This document shows positions 9,228-19,142 of a DNA stretch of 64,000 bases, one piece after another (position 1 is the stretch's first letter; each line of letters opens with the position of its first letter). The notes under the pieces are model-generated. The model saw only the letters and a list, made by a program, of their open reading frames with translations. It did not search any database and was not told the DNA's origin. The stretch is taken from assembly GCA_946495655.1 (NCBI GenBank), contig CAMMDS010000004.1, positions 3,365 to 67,364 on the forward strand. Direction: 5' to 3'. This DNA comes from an uncultured Clostridium sp. (GTDB lineage Bacteria > Bacillota > Clostridia > TANB77 > CAG-508). The position numbers and the translations under genes are program-made.

Positions 9228-10436
9228 TTGATTACAAAAATGAGAAATTCTTTTAGCTCTGTTTCTATGAGCAATACAAATCCTAAATGGAATAATACAA
9301 TTTCAAGATTATCTCCCTTATATTCTAGAAACAATGATATACGCTCTGAATTTGAAAGGGATTTTACTAGAATTATACATAGTAATGCATACAGAAGATT
9401 AAAACATAAAACTCAAGTATTCTATTCTCCACAAAATGATCATATATGTACACGTATAGAACATGTGAACCACGTTGAATCAATTAGTTATACAATATCT
9501 CATTATCTTGGATTAAATGATGAGCTTACACGTGCAATTGCAGTATCTCATGATTTAGGTCATAGTCCTTTTGGTCATAAAGGAGAAAAAATCTTAGATA
9601 AAATTTGTAAAAGGGATTTGAATTCTTCGTTTTGGCACGAAAAGAATGGATTATTTTTTATTGATAATACTGAACTTTTAGAAGATAATGAAGGTAATAA
9701 GCAAAATTTAAATTTAACATATGGTGTTAGAGATGGAATTATTTCACATTGTGGTGAAATTGATGAGAATTCTATTAAACCACGAGAAGATTTTATCTCT
9801 CTTGATGAATATCAATATCCAAATCAATTTGCTCCATATACTTGGGAAGCTTGTGTGGTTAAAATTTCTGATAAAATTTCATATATTGGAAGGGATATTG
9901 AAGATGCTGTTACATTAGGAATACTAGATGAACATTTAGATAAATTATATGATTTATTAGGATATACTAGTGGAACTATTAATAATACCGTTATAATAAA
10001 TAATTTAATTTATGATTTATGTAATAATTCATCTCCAGATAAAGGATTATGTTTTTCAGATCAATCTTTAGAACTTATGAATAAAATCAAAAAGTTCAAT
10101 TATGAATATATTTATTTATCAGATATATTAAAACCTTCTGATAACTATTTCTCAGTCGTCATAGAACAAATTTATAATACTTTAAAAAATACATATAACG
10201 GTACAAAAACATTTGATCAGTTACATAAACTTAAAAAATTTTATCCTAATTTAGTAACAAGATTTATTGATTGGTTTGATAACTTTTCTACATTAGGTGA
10301 TAGGAAAAACTTAAAGAATAAAGTATTATTTGATATTGAAAAACCTAATGATTATTATTTTGCTATAGTTTTATATATAGCAGGAATGACAGACAAATTT
10401 GCTATTGATACTTATAATGAAATAATAGGATTTTAA
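9228..10436 (+). CDS. dgt: HD-domain dNTP triphosphohydrolase (dGTPase-like)
   Basis: RDFTRIIHS.AYRRLKHKTQV, TRIEH, HDLGHSPFGH.GE, YIAGMTD. Confidence 0.9.
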   Translation: MITKMRNSFSSVSMSNTNPKWNNTISRLSPLYSRNNDIRSEFERDFTRIIHSNAYRRLKHKTQVFYSPQNDHICTRIEHVNHVESISYTISHYLGLNDELTRAIAVSHDLGHSPFGHKGEKILDKICKRDLNSSFWHEKNGLFFIDNTELLEDNEGNKQNLNLTYGVRDGIISHCGEIDENSIKPREDFISLDEYQYPNQFAPYTWEACVVKISDKISYIGRDIEDAVTLGILDEHLDKLYDLLGYTSGTINNTVIINNLIYDLCNNSSPDKGLCFSDQSLELMNKIKKFNYEYIYLSDILKPSDNYFSVVIEQIYNTLKNTYNGTKTFDQLHKLKKFYPNLVTRFIDWFDNFSTLGDRKNLKNKVLFDIEKPNDYYFAIVLYIAGMTDKFAIDTYNEIIGF

Positions 10437-10444
10437 TTAGATTA

Positions 10445-10489
10445 AAAGAGGTGAGAAATATAGTACTAAATTAATTTCTTACCTCTTTT
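10445..10489. terminator. Bidirectional terminator between dgt and nrdG
   Basis: AAAAGAGGTGAGAAAT...ATTTCTTACCTCTTTT. Confidence 0.7.
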
Positions 10490-10510
10490 ATAATATGTCT
10501 TTTATTTATT

Positions 10511-11032
10511 TTAAAATTTATATTCTACCATTTTATTTTCTTTTAGACTTTCTTGTACATCAAGTATTCTTTGATTAGATGAACCTCTGAATTTTAATTT
10601 TAAATCTTTTTTATCTTCTTCAAACTTTCCATCTACAACCACATCAATATATTTAAGCAATTCTTTAGTAGTCTCACTTTGTTTTGCCATTTTTCCTACT
10701 ACATCTTTTTCAAAGTCAAATCCAGTATAGCACCAGATTTTTTTATCTGGAAATTTTTCCTTTGCTTTTTTTACTAGTGGTAATAATCCTTCTTGATTTA
10801 CTGGTTCTAATGGTTCTCCTCCAAGTAATGTAAGCCCTGAAATATAATCATGATCTAAATCTTTTAATACTTCTTCTTCTTGACTTTCTGTAAATTTTTT
10901 TCCATAGTTAAAATCCCAAGCACATTCATTAAAACATCCTTTACAATGGTGATTACAACCACTGACAAATACAGAAACTCTAACTCCTTCTCCATTGGCA
11001 ACATCTATTCTTTTAATATCTGCATAGTTCAC
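10511..11032 (-). CDS. nrdG: Anaerobic ribonucleotide reductase activating protein
   Basis: NGEGVRVSVFVSGC.HHCKGC radical SAM motif, GGEP, FRGSSNQR. Confidence 0.96.
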   Translation of the reverse strand: MNYADIKRIDVANGEGVRVSVFVSGCNHHCKGCFNECAWDFNYGKKFTESQEEEVLKDLDHDYISGLTLLGGEPLEPVNQEGLLPLVKKAKEKFPDKKIWCYTGFDFEKDVVGKMAKQSETTKELLKYIDVVVDGKFEEDKKDLKLKFRGSSNQRILDVQESLKENKMVEYKF

Positions 11033-11102
11033 TCTATTTCCCTCCTTGTAGCTTGTTTTTATAGATTACTCTACATTGTTTTTCCCTTGCTAAACTTTGC
11101 TA

Positions 11103-11224
11103 GTTGGAAAAGAATTGCTATTTTGGCTAGGCAAACAAGCAAGAAAACCGGAAGCGTACTTATTGTACGCTGAGGACTTTCGCAGGCGAAGTTTAACAAC
11201 GCCAAAATACAATTATTTTTCAAC
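11103..11224. repeat. Palindromic intergenic element between nrdD and nrdG
   Basis: Terminal stem GTTGGAAAAGAATTGCTATTTTGGC / GCCAAAATACAATTATTTTTCAAC; inner hairpin GCGTAC-TTATT-GTACGC; higher GC than flanks. Confidence 0.6.
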
Positions 11225-11225
11225 A

Positions 11226-13352
11226 TTATAGATGCATTACTCTTTGCTTAATCTCCTTCGTCTTTCCAGCATTCCAGAAATTTTCCCCTAAGTAACCACA
11301 TGTTCTTCTAACAACTGTCATTTTTGAATGGTCTTTATTTCCACAGTTTGGACATTCCCACTCATTATTATCATTTATTATTATTTCTCCATCAAATCCA
11401 CAGATATGACAATAATCTGATTTTGTATTAAATTCTGCATATTGAATATTATCATATATAAATTTAACTACTGTTTCTAATGCATCTAAATTCTTTTCCA
11501 TATTTGGTATCTCTATATATGAAATTGCTCCACCTGATGATATTTTTTGGAATTCACTTTCAAATTTTAGTTTCTCAAATGCATCTATTTTTTCTCTTAC
11601 GTCTACATGATATGAGTTTGTATAGTAACCTTTATCTGTAACATCTTTAATAGTTCCATATCTTTCTTTATCTATTCTAGCAAATTTGTAACATAAACTT
11701 TCTGCTGGTGTTCCATATAAAGCAAATCCAATATTTGTTTCTTTTTTCCATCTATCTGTTGTTTCTCTTAAATGTTTCATTACTTTTACAGCAAATTCAT
11801 GTCCTTCTGGCTCTGTCTGAGATACACCTTTCATTAATTTTGTCATTTCATATACTCCAATGTATCCTAAAGAAATAGTTGAATATCCACCATACAATAA
11901 TTTGTCTATTTTCTCTCCTTTTTGTAAACGTGCAATTGCACCATGTTGCCAATGAATTGGGCTAATATCTGAATGTGTACCTAACAATGCATAATGCCTA
12001 CACATTAAAGCTTCTTTACAAAGTTCCAATCTCTCGTCTAATAGTTTCCAGAATTTATCTTCATCGCCATCTGCTATAATTGCTACTTGTGGTAAGTTTA
12101 TACTTACAACTCCTTGATTAAATCTTCCTTCAAATTTGTAATTTCCATTCTCATCTTTCCAAGGAGATAAGAAACTTCTACATCCCATTGGGCTAAACAC
12201 ATTACCTTCATAGTTTTCTCTCATTTTTTTAGCAGAGATATAATCAGGATACATTCTTTTTGCAGAACATTTAACAGCAAGTCTTGTTAAGTAATCATAT
12301 TCTCCACCTTGTAAATTATTAAATTCGTCTAAAACATAAACAAGTTTTGGAAATGCTGGTGTAACATATACTCCTGCTTCATTTTTTATTCCTTCATATC
12401 TTTGTCTTAAAATTTCTTCTATAATCATTGCATTTTCTTTTATATATGGATCGTCTTTTTCTAAGTGTAAGAATAATGTTACGAATGGTGATTGTCCATT
12501 TGTTGTCATTAATGTATTTATTTGATATTGAATTGTTTGTACTCCTGATTTTAGTTCAGCTTTCACTCTATCTTGTACTAAATCTTCTATGACTTCATCT
12601 GGCAATTTTCCTTTATATTTTTCGTCTATTTGTTTTTTAAATTTGTCATAGCTTTTTCTTAAATATTTTCCTAAATGTATCATATCAACAGATTGTCCAC
12701 CATATTGATTACTTGCAACTGCAGCAATTATTTGAGTAGTTACTGTACATGCAACTTGGAAACTTTTTGGGCTTTCTATCATTTTTCCATTCATAACAGT
12801 TCCGTTATCTAACATATCTGCAATATTTATTAAACAACAATTAAAGATTGGTTGTACAAAATAATCTGCATCATGGAAATGTAAAACTCCTTCTGCATCT
12901 GCTTTAGCTATTTTTTCAGGTAGTAATAATCTTCTAGTTAAATCTCTAGATACTTCTCCTGCTATATAATCTCTTTGTGTAGATGCTAACATTGTATTTT
13001 TATTTGAATTTTCTTCTGCTAATTCTTTATTATCATTTCTTATAATTCCAAGTATTGTCTCATCTGTAGTGTTTTGTTTTCTAACTAGTGCTCTTGTATA
13101 ACGATATACAATATATTTTTTAGCAAGTTCATATTTATTTATTTCCATTAATTTTTCTTCAATAATGTCTTGTATATCTTCTACTAACATTCTTTTTTTA
13201 TTTAATTCTTCGATATATTTAATAATTTCTTTTATATCTTCTTTTGTTGCTCTTTCTGCTGGTTTTACTTCTTTATTTGCTTTTTCAATAGCTATTTGAA
13301 TTTTAGATCTATCATAATCTACTGCCCTTCCATCTCTTTTAATAACTTTCAT
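11226..13352 (-). CDS. nrdD: Anaerobic (class III) ribonucleoside-triphosphate reductase
   Basis: N-terminal ATP cone (VIKRDG), MGCRSFL, YTNSYH, CxxC..CxxC, RRTCGYLG. Confidence 0.97.
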   Translation of the reverse strand: MKVIKRDGRAVDYDRSKIQIAIEKANKEVKPAERATKEDIKEIIKYIEELNKKRMLVEDIQDIIEEKLMEINKYELAKKYIVYRYTRALVRKQNTTDETILGIIRNDNKELAEENSNKNTMLASTQRDYIAGEVSRDLTRRLLLPEKIAKADAEGVLHFHDADYFVQPIFNCCLINIADMLDNGTVMNGKMIESPKSFQVACTVTTQIIAAVASNQYGGQSVDMIHLGKYLRKSYDKFKKQIDEKYKGKLPDEVIEDLVQDRVKAELKSGVQTIQYQINTLMTTNGQSPFVTLFLHLEKDDPYIKENAMIIEEILRQRYEGIKNEAGVYVTPAFPKLVYVLDEFNNLQGGEYDYLTRLAVKCSAKRMYPDYISAKKMRENYEGNVFSPMGCRSFLSPWKDENGNYKFEGRFNQGVVSINLPQVAIIADGDEDKFWKLLDERLELCKEALMCRHYALLGTHSDISPIHWQHGAIARLQKGEKIDKLLYGGYSTISLGYIGVYEMTKLMKGVSQTEPEGHEFAVKVMKHLRETTDRWKKETNIGFALYGTPAESLCYKFARIDKERYGTIKDVTDKGYYTNSYHVDVREKIDAFEKLKFESEFQKISSGGAISYIEIPNMEKNLDALETVVKFIYDNIQYAEFNTKSDYCHICGFDGEIIINDNNEWECPNCGNKDHSKMTVVRRTCGYLGENFWNAGKTKEIKQRVMHL

Positions 13353-13679
13353 TTTACATTTCCTCCCCCTGTTAAATTATGTTTTTATTATATCCCTTTT
13401 TTTGTTTTTTTCTGTTGCAAATGCCACATATTATGAAAGTTAACTTTTTCGACCTTTTTCTCTTTACAGTCTGTAGCTTTTTGATTCTAAAAAAGAAATA
13501 TTACATTTGTGTTACAATTTTTTTCTTAGATACCATTGCTTTTGACTCTTGTTTCCTTTATAATAGTTTTATGTATATATGACATAAAAAATAGAGAATA
13601 TTAAATGTACATAAGAAGAATTTATAAATATATAGAAAGTCTAAAATAAGATTATTTTTAGAAAGGAACGTATAATAAA

Positions 13680-14313
13680 ATGGCTGATGGTTTTAATATT
13701 GATAGTTTTATTTATAATTTTTCTTGCAAGTGTAGCAAATTACAGAAAAAAACTTTCTCCAAGAATCAGTTGATTACTAGCTATATTCAAAAACGTAATC
13801 AACTTTGTATTCTTGTTGACCGGCAAAGCAGATTTAGTTAGATATGATTTAAATGGTAATAGAACCATCGTTGAACATTTTTCAAAAAATGCATTGTTTG
13901 GAGAAGTATTTTATAAAGTAACAACTAATAATGAATTACTTGTTGAGGCCAAATCAAATTGCACTGTTCTATTTTATATCTACGATCAATTAAAACAGCC
14001 TTGTACTAAAAATTGCGAATTTCATTCCATACTATCAGAACATTTACCTGAATTAATATTAAATAAAATCACTGATTTAAATACCCGAATAGAGCTTTTA
14101 ACACAGAGAACAACTAGAGATAAATTATTAATGTATTTTTCTCTTATATCTACTAGAAAACTTTCTAAAACATTTGAACTTCCATTATCTTTAACTGATT
14201 TGGCTGATTATTTAAATGTAGATAGAAGCGCTATGATGAGAGAACTAAAATTGTTGAAAGAAGATAAATTAGTCGATAAAATAGGGAATCGAATTATTCT
14301 ATTATATGAATAA
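13680..14313 (+). CDS. Crp/Fnr family regulator interrupted by a +1 frameshift near 13812-13821 (~210 aa if corrected)
   Basis: RBS GAAAGGA + ATG 13680 gives MADGF...QLCILVD, then in-frame CGG (13821) and stop at 13839; +1 frame continues GKADLVRYD...FGE...TTRDKLL..LADYLNVDRSAMMREL (Crp HTH). Confidence 0.85.
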
Positions 14314-14350
14314 GAACAACGAAAACATATTCATTTTCGCTGTTCTTTTT
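14314..14350. terminator. Terminator between the Crp gene and the convergent Pbe-like operon
   Basis: GAACAACGAAAA...TTTTCGCTGTTC followed by a T-run. Confidence 0.65.
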
Positions 14351-14356
14351 GATTAT

Positions 14357-14821
14357 TTATATTAAAATTTCTTTCTTCTGCATTTCTTTGTAAATATATC
14401 TCACAAGATCTATTTCGTATTCATCATAATTTTCACTTAAAGAATTTCCATCCCATTGCCCGTAAAAAGCAGTATTACATAATATTTCCATTCCTCCTTC
14501 TGCATACTCTTCTATTACTGGCATCATTTTCTTTACGTTCTCATAATCTTCAAATTTATTAAAATCATAATCGAACTCTTTAAACATCATACAAATTATT
14601 GCTAACAAATCTTTTTCACTAATATGCTCACTTCTCATTTCTGTGGCTCTTTCTTTTACTGGAATTCTTTTATTATTTTTAAATCCTACAATACTTGCAA
14701 AAACGAATACTCCTGCTCTATTTTCAAATATTTTCTTTTTATCCACTAGCATCTCATAAATAGAATCATATTTTTTACTTCTATATACAAAGAAATTAGG
14801 TTTTAATACAAAATCTTTCAT
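14357..14821 (-). CDS. PbeD-like / dnd-associated protein 4-like small protein
   Basis: VFVFASIVGF and IEEYAEGGMEIL motifs typical of this family; directly downstream of the DndD-like ATPase. Confidence 0.6.
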   Translation of the reverse strand: MKDFVLKPNFFVYRSKKYDSIYEMLVDKKKIFENRAGVFVFASIVGFKNNKRIPVKERATEMRSEHISEKDLLAIICMMFKEFDYDFNKFEDYENVKKMMPVIEEYAEGGMEILCNTAFYGQWDGNSLSENYDEYEIDLVRYIYKEMQKKEILI

Positions 14822-14851
14822 GTTTTTCTCCTATCTATATAAATATTATAA

Positions 14852-16891
14852 CTAATATATCTGACTAGATATATCTTTGATTTCTACTATTTGCGTTTTT
14901 CCTTTATCTTTCTGTTCTAATTTATAGAATTTATGCCATTTATTTGTTTTATACAAATACTCCATTTCTGTACTAGTCATTTCTGTATCAGTAACTAGCA
15001 ATATCCATTGCTCCATTTCATTTGGTATAGCATTTATAATATGTTTTCTATTTTCCATAGAAATCTTACCTAGAGGCGTGTCCATAAATAGTGGTACATT
15101 AATTATTCCATCTTCATTGCAAGCTAATTTTGATAAAGCAATAATTAATGATAAAGAAATAATGTGTTTTTGTCCTGAAGATATATCTTGTAATATTGAA
15201 ATATCTTGCCAATTTCTCACATCTATTTCATAATTATCATTTACTGTTATTTTTCCTATTAAATCTTTGTCTTTATCTTCGATTAATTCTTTAAAAATTC
15301 TATACATTTCATTTGATAATCTTTCTTTTACATCATTTATGTAATCTTGTTTTATTTTTTCAAACATTTCGTATAGTTGATTTAAATATTCTTTCTTTTT
15401 TTGCTCTACTTTATTTTTTTCTTCTTGTTGTTCAATCATTTTTTCTTCTTCTTGATAATTATTTAATTCTTCTTTTTTATTTTCTATAGTATGCTTTTTT
15501 ATAGCTATATTAAGCTTTAGTTTATCTATTTCATTTTCTCTTTTTTCGAAATCTTTTTGATATTCTACTAATTCATTTTTTGAAGTATTATTAAATTCTT
15601 TAATTTTCTCTCTTACATTCTTTCGGTTTTCTTCTAGTGTTTCAATATATGATTTTTCATCACTTACTGATTTTAAATCCTTTTTCAGGTTGTTCTCTAA
15701 AATATTTTTTCTCCCTATATATTTATCTATTTCCTCTAACCAACCTGTATAGAATTTCCTACTTTCACTTTTTAAACTGTTTTTATAATTTTTTAATAAT
15801 TGATAATTGTCTTGATCTTCGTCTATATGTGTTCCACATATACATACTTTTTCTTCTAAGATTTTATCGATTAGTAATTCTGGAATATATATTGTTTCAT
15901 CTCTATCCTTAAGCTTCTTTTTGCTGATTTCAATATAGTTGAATATCAAATTATTAGCTAAAGAATTATTTAATAAATCTTTAAATCTTTCTTTATTACT
16001 ATTTAGTTTGTCTTTTTCTTCTCTAATTTTTTGTTCTAATTTTTCGTCTTCTTCCCATAAAGATTTTACAGCTTCATTTTCTTTCATTTTTTGTTTTAAT
16101 TTTTCCAATTGGTTATTGGCACTATCTAGTTCTTCTGTAAGATTATCCAAATCATTTTTAGCTTCTTCTATCTCTTCTTTAATTTCTTCTTGTTTATTAT
16201 GATTTTCTCTCCATTTTGTACTAGCACTAGAATATATTTTTTTCTTTTGTTCTGACAACATTTTTTCTAAAATAGAAACCGATTTTTCCAAATTATCTAT
16301 TTGAAGTAATTTAATTATACCTGATTTTATTTCTTTTCTTGATTTAGAGTTTGTTCTAGCTAAACTTTCAATTTTATCTCCATTAAAAAAGAAAAAATCT
16401 TTTAACTTTGGATTTAGAATGTCTTCTAATATTTCTTCTATTTCTTCTTCATTTGTTTTTGTATTAGGATCCAAGTTACCATATTCGTCTATAATATCCA
16501 TAGAAACTTTTGAATTACTACATTTAATTATTTCTTTTACATCTTCTTTCATGAGCTCATACATTTTTCTGACCACAATGTATGTTTTTCCCTCATTTTC
16601 AAAAATCACTTTTACAGAAGCTTCTACTTTTTTCCCTATGTTTTCTTCCAATGCATGGAGATTTACAAGATCTATTCTTTTGCTATCATTATCTTTTTCA
16701 TCTTCGTCTTCTGCTATTTTTTCTAACCCATAAAGACAAAACATCATTGCTCTAAATATTCCTGTTTTTCCGCAACCATTTTGTCCCAAAATAACTGTTA
16801 TATCAGATCCATCACTATTTGCAAATTCTATTTTATTATTTTCTCCATAATATTGTCTAAAATTATTTAATTCTATTGATATTAATTTCAT
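14852..16891 (-). CDS. SMC/Rad50-like ABC ATPase of DndD/PbeC type
   Basis: Walker A GQNGCGKT, FFFFNGD, coiled coil with CICG hinge, signature ISSGQ, Walker B LFMDTPLG. Confidence 0.85.
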   Translation of the reverse strand: MKLISIELNNFRQYYGENNKIEFANSDGSDITVILGQNGCGKTGIFRAMMFCLYGLEKIAEDEDEKDNDSKRIDLVNLHALEENIGKKVEASVKVIFENEGKTYIVVRKMYELMKEDVKEIIKCSNSKVSMDIIDEYGNLDPNTKTNEEEIEEILEDILNPKLKDFFFFNGDKIESLARTNSKSRKEIKSGIIKLLQIDNLEKSVSILEKMLSEQKKKIYSSASTKWRENHNKQEEIKEEIEEAKNDLDNLTEELDSANNQLEKLKQKMKENEAVKSLWEEDEKLEQKIREEKDKLNSNKERFKDLLNNSLANNLIFNYIEISKKKLKDRDETIYIPELLIDKILEEKVCICGTHIDEDQDNYQLLKNYKNSLKSESRKFYTGWLEEIDKYIGRKNILENNLKKDLKSVSDEKSYIETLEENRKNVREKIKEFNNTSKNELVEYQKDFEKRENEIDKLKLNIAIKKHTIENKKEELNNYQEEEKMIEQQEEKNKVEQKKKEYLNQLYEMFEKIKQDYINDVKERLSNEMYRIFKELIEDKDKDLIGKITVNDNYEIDVRNWQDISILQDISSGQKHIISLSLIIALSKLACNEDGIINVPLFMDTPLGKISMENRKHIINAIPNEMEQWILLVTDTEMTSTEMEYLYKTNKWHKFYKLEQKDKGKTQIVEIKDISSQIY

Positions 16892-16894
16892 ATT

Positions 16895-17065
16895 TTATTC
16901 CTCTCTTACTAAATTATTAATTTCCCTCTCTATATTACTTTTTATATTTTCTTCGCTTTTACCTTCGGATACTAATTCTAATGTTTTTATAGCTATGTTT
17001 TTTAGTTTTGGATCAATTTCATAATTTATTACTTTTTCTTTTAAATTAATATTCATCTGTCTCAT
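16895..17065 (-). CDS. Small 56-aa protein at the PbeB position (absent from the ORF track)
   Basis: Manual translation MRQMNINLKEKVINYEIDPKLKNIAIKTLELVSEGKSEENIKSNIEREINNLVREE; overlaps the helicase stop and ends 3 bp before the ATPase ATG. Confidence 0.7.
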   Translation of the reverse strand: MRQMNINLKEKVINYEIDPKLKNIAIKTLELVSEGKSEENIKSNIEREINNLVREE

Positions 17066-19142
17066 TTCCTTCACCTTCCTCTCTCATCTCTTGATAAACT
17101 TCCCATGGTAATTTATTCATATTTGGTTCTAAATTGTATTTTGAAACCATATCATATATTTCATCTCTAGCTCTATTTTTATTTTCAGCATTTTGGGCAA
17201 ATTCTGCAAATCTTGGTAATTCTTTTTTTATTATATTCTTTTCAACACTTCTATTTTTACATTCTTCATATGGAAATACAATAAAATCATACAATTCAGC
17301 ATATTTTTTATAATCAGATGTTCTTAGTATTCTTCCTCTTCTTTGTATAAATTCTCTTGGATTTGATGTGCTGGACAAAAAGTAAGCTGTTTTGATGCTT
17401 GGTATATCTACGCCTTCATCTAGGCATTTAATTGCAACTAAAATTTGATATTCTCCAGCTGAAAATTTTTGTAATATTTTCTTTCTATCTTCTATATCAA
17501 CATCATAAACAAATTCATGTACTTTAAATCCCATATCGCTAAGATGTTTTGTAACATCTTTACTTTCTCCTTGTGCAACATATACAAGTGTATGTGATAT
17601 TGTCTCTGTTTGCATTTTTTCTTTTAATAATTTATATAAAGTTACATACTTACTTCTACAAGTGTTCATTATTCTTCTTCGTTTTCTATATATTTTTTTA
17701 ATATAATCATCATCTTCTTCATCACTGTTTCTTTTATTTAAATAATTTGATATTCTTCTGGTTAATTCTGTATACTCTTCTTGTTCTTCGTAATCTAATC
17801 TTGTTACTATAGGATAGTAATAGTATGGAGTTAGTAAATTGTCCTGTATTGCTTTTTCTAATGTATACTCATATACAGTTTTATTAAAGTATTGTTTTAT
17901 CTTTTGAGTTCCATCTTCATCAAACCATCTATCTGGTGTAGCAGATAATCCCAATCTAACCTCAATATTATCTAACATCATATTCTGTCCATTATTAGTT
18001 CCCATATTGTGGCATTCATCTGCTATTAAACAAAGATTACTTTCTATTTTCTTTATCGCTTCATAAAAATCAGTAGATGTTGAAGTTTTATATGTTGAAA
18101 CAATACATACATTATCGATAAGATGACTATTATAATCTTTTATCCTCGAAATAAGTCTGTTGTACCATTTTTGTTTAGATCCCATACATTTTAGTATAGC
18201 TTCATACCCTTGTTCTGCAAGCTCTTCAGTCCATTGTTCTACCAAATGTGTAAAAGGAACTAATACTATAAGAAATTGTCTACCTTTCTCTTCTTTATAT
18301 TTTAACATTGCAAATATACTTGTTAATGTTTTTCCCGTACCTGTAGCCATTTCAAATATGCCTTGCCAATTGTTTTCTTTCAATTTTTGTATAGCTTCTA
18401 ATTGATATTTTCTTGGTTCTTTTTTCTTCACTGTGCTATTTCCAAATATATAATTTTTATCAAAATTTTGTGATAGGTCTCTAAATGTACATTTCAGCTT
18501 TTCTGGCATATCAATTACAGTATAAAATTCTCTTTGGCCATTCCACAATTCCATAAATCTTTTTTTATGTTCGTTACAATATTCAAAACCTGTCCCCCAA
18601 CTTTTAAATACTGATACTCCCTCACCATTAAAATTTGCTTGTAATGATGCGTTTATTGAGCCATGTATACAAACCATATCTTGATTGTCTTCAAATATTG
18701 CTATTTTGTCATGATATATACCTATCCCATTTTTACATACTGCGAATTTCATTTCTAATATTTCTTCAGCAATAAGCCAAGACAAGAAATTCAGTAATTC
18801 TTTTTTATCTTTTGCATCAAATTTTTCTAACTCTTGCTTTATAGAATTATATATTACTTCATCAGTTTTTGCTTTGTTTCCTTTTTTTATTGCTTCATAG
18901 TCATCTTCTGTTAAGTTTGGAGAGGTAATCATATATATTTTTCCATTATTTTTAATAATACTTTCTATTCCTTCTAAAGCCACTTGTATCCAATTCGATG
19001 AAAAATAACCTATTCCTCTATAGTATTTATTTGACTCTTGCATTAAAGGAATAAATAAATCTTTTTCGATATTGTCTTTAGAACTATCATATATTAACTT
19101 AACTTCTACATCTCTAAGTCCCATTTTCACTCCAACTTTCAC
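17046..19142 (-). CDS. PLD-like nuclease fused to an SF2 helicase (PbeA-like)
   Basis: GYFSS, YHDKIAIFED..HGSIN; MATGTGKT, DECH, LSATP, LDEGVDIP, QRRGRILR. Confidence 0.85.
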   Translation of the reverse strand: MKVGVKMGLRDVEVKLIYDSSKDNIEKDLFIPLMQESNKYYRGIGYFSSNWIQVALEGIESIIKNNGKIYMITSPNLTEDDYEAIKKGNKAKTDEVIYNSIKQELEKFDAKDKKELLNFLSWLIAEEILEMKFAVCKNGIGIYHDKIAIFEDNQDMVCIHGSINASLQANFNGEGVSVFKSWGTGFEYCNEHKKRFMELWNGQREFYTVIDMPEKLKCTFRDLSQNFDKNYIFGNSTVKKKEPRKYQLEAIQKLKENNWQGIFEMATGTGKTLTSIFAMLKYKEEKGRQFLIVLVPFTHLVEQWTEELAEQGYEAILKCMGSKQKWYNRLISRIKDYNSHLIDNVCIVSTYKTSTSTDFYEAIKKIESNLCLIADECHNMGTNNGQNMMLDNIEVRLGLSATPDRWFDEDGTQKIKQYFNKTVYEYTLEKAIQDNLLTPYYYYPIVTRLDYEEQEEYTELTRRISNYLNKRNSDEEDDDYIKKIYRKRRRIMNTCRSKYVTLYKLLKEKMQTETISHTLVYVAQGESKDVTKHLSDMGFKVHEFVYDVDIEDRKKILQKFSAGEYQILVAIKCLDEGVDIPSIKTAYFLSSTSNPREFIQRRGRILRTSDYKKYAELYDFIVFPYEECKNRSVEKNIIKKELPRFAEFAQNAENKNRARDEIYDMVSKYNLEPNMNKLPWEVYQEMREEGEGNETDEY

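Noticed and set aside
10880..11173. 97-aa plus-strand ORF across the nrdG start
   Set aside because: Antisense to nrdG and runs into the palindromic element; no coding signal.
13424..13435. Possible NrdR box (CCACATATTATG) upstream of nrdD
   Set aside because: Only a partial match, and no second box at the usual spacing.
14852..16891. Calling the ATPase dndD of a complete PT-modification system, or sbcC
   Set aside because: No dndC/dndA/dndB and no sbcD adjacent; the context fits PbeC better.
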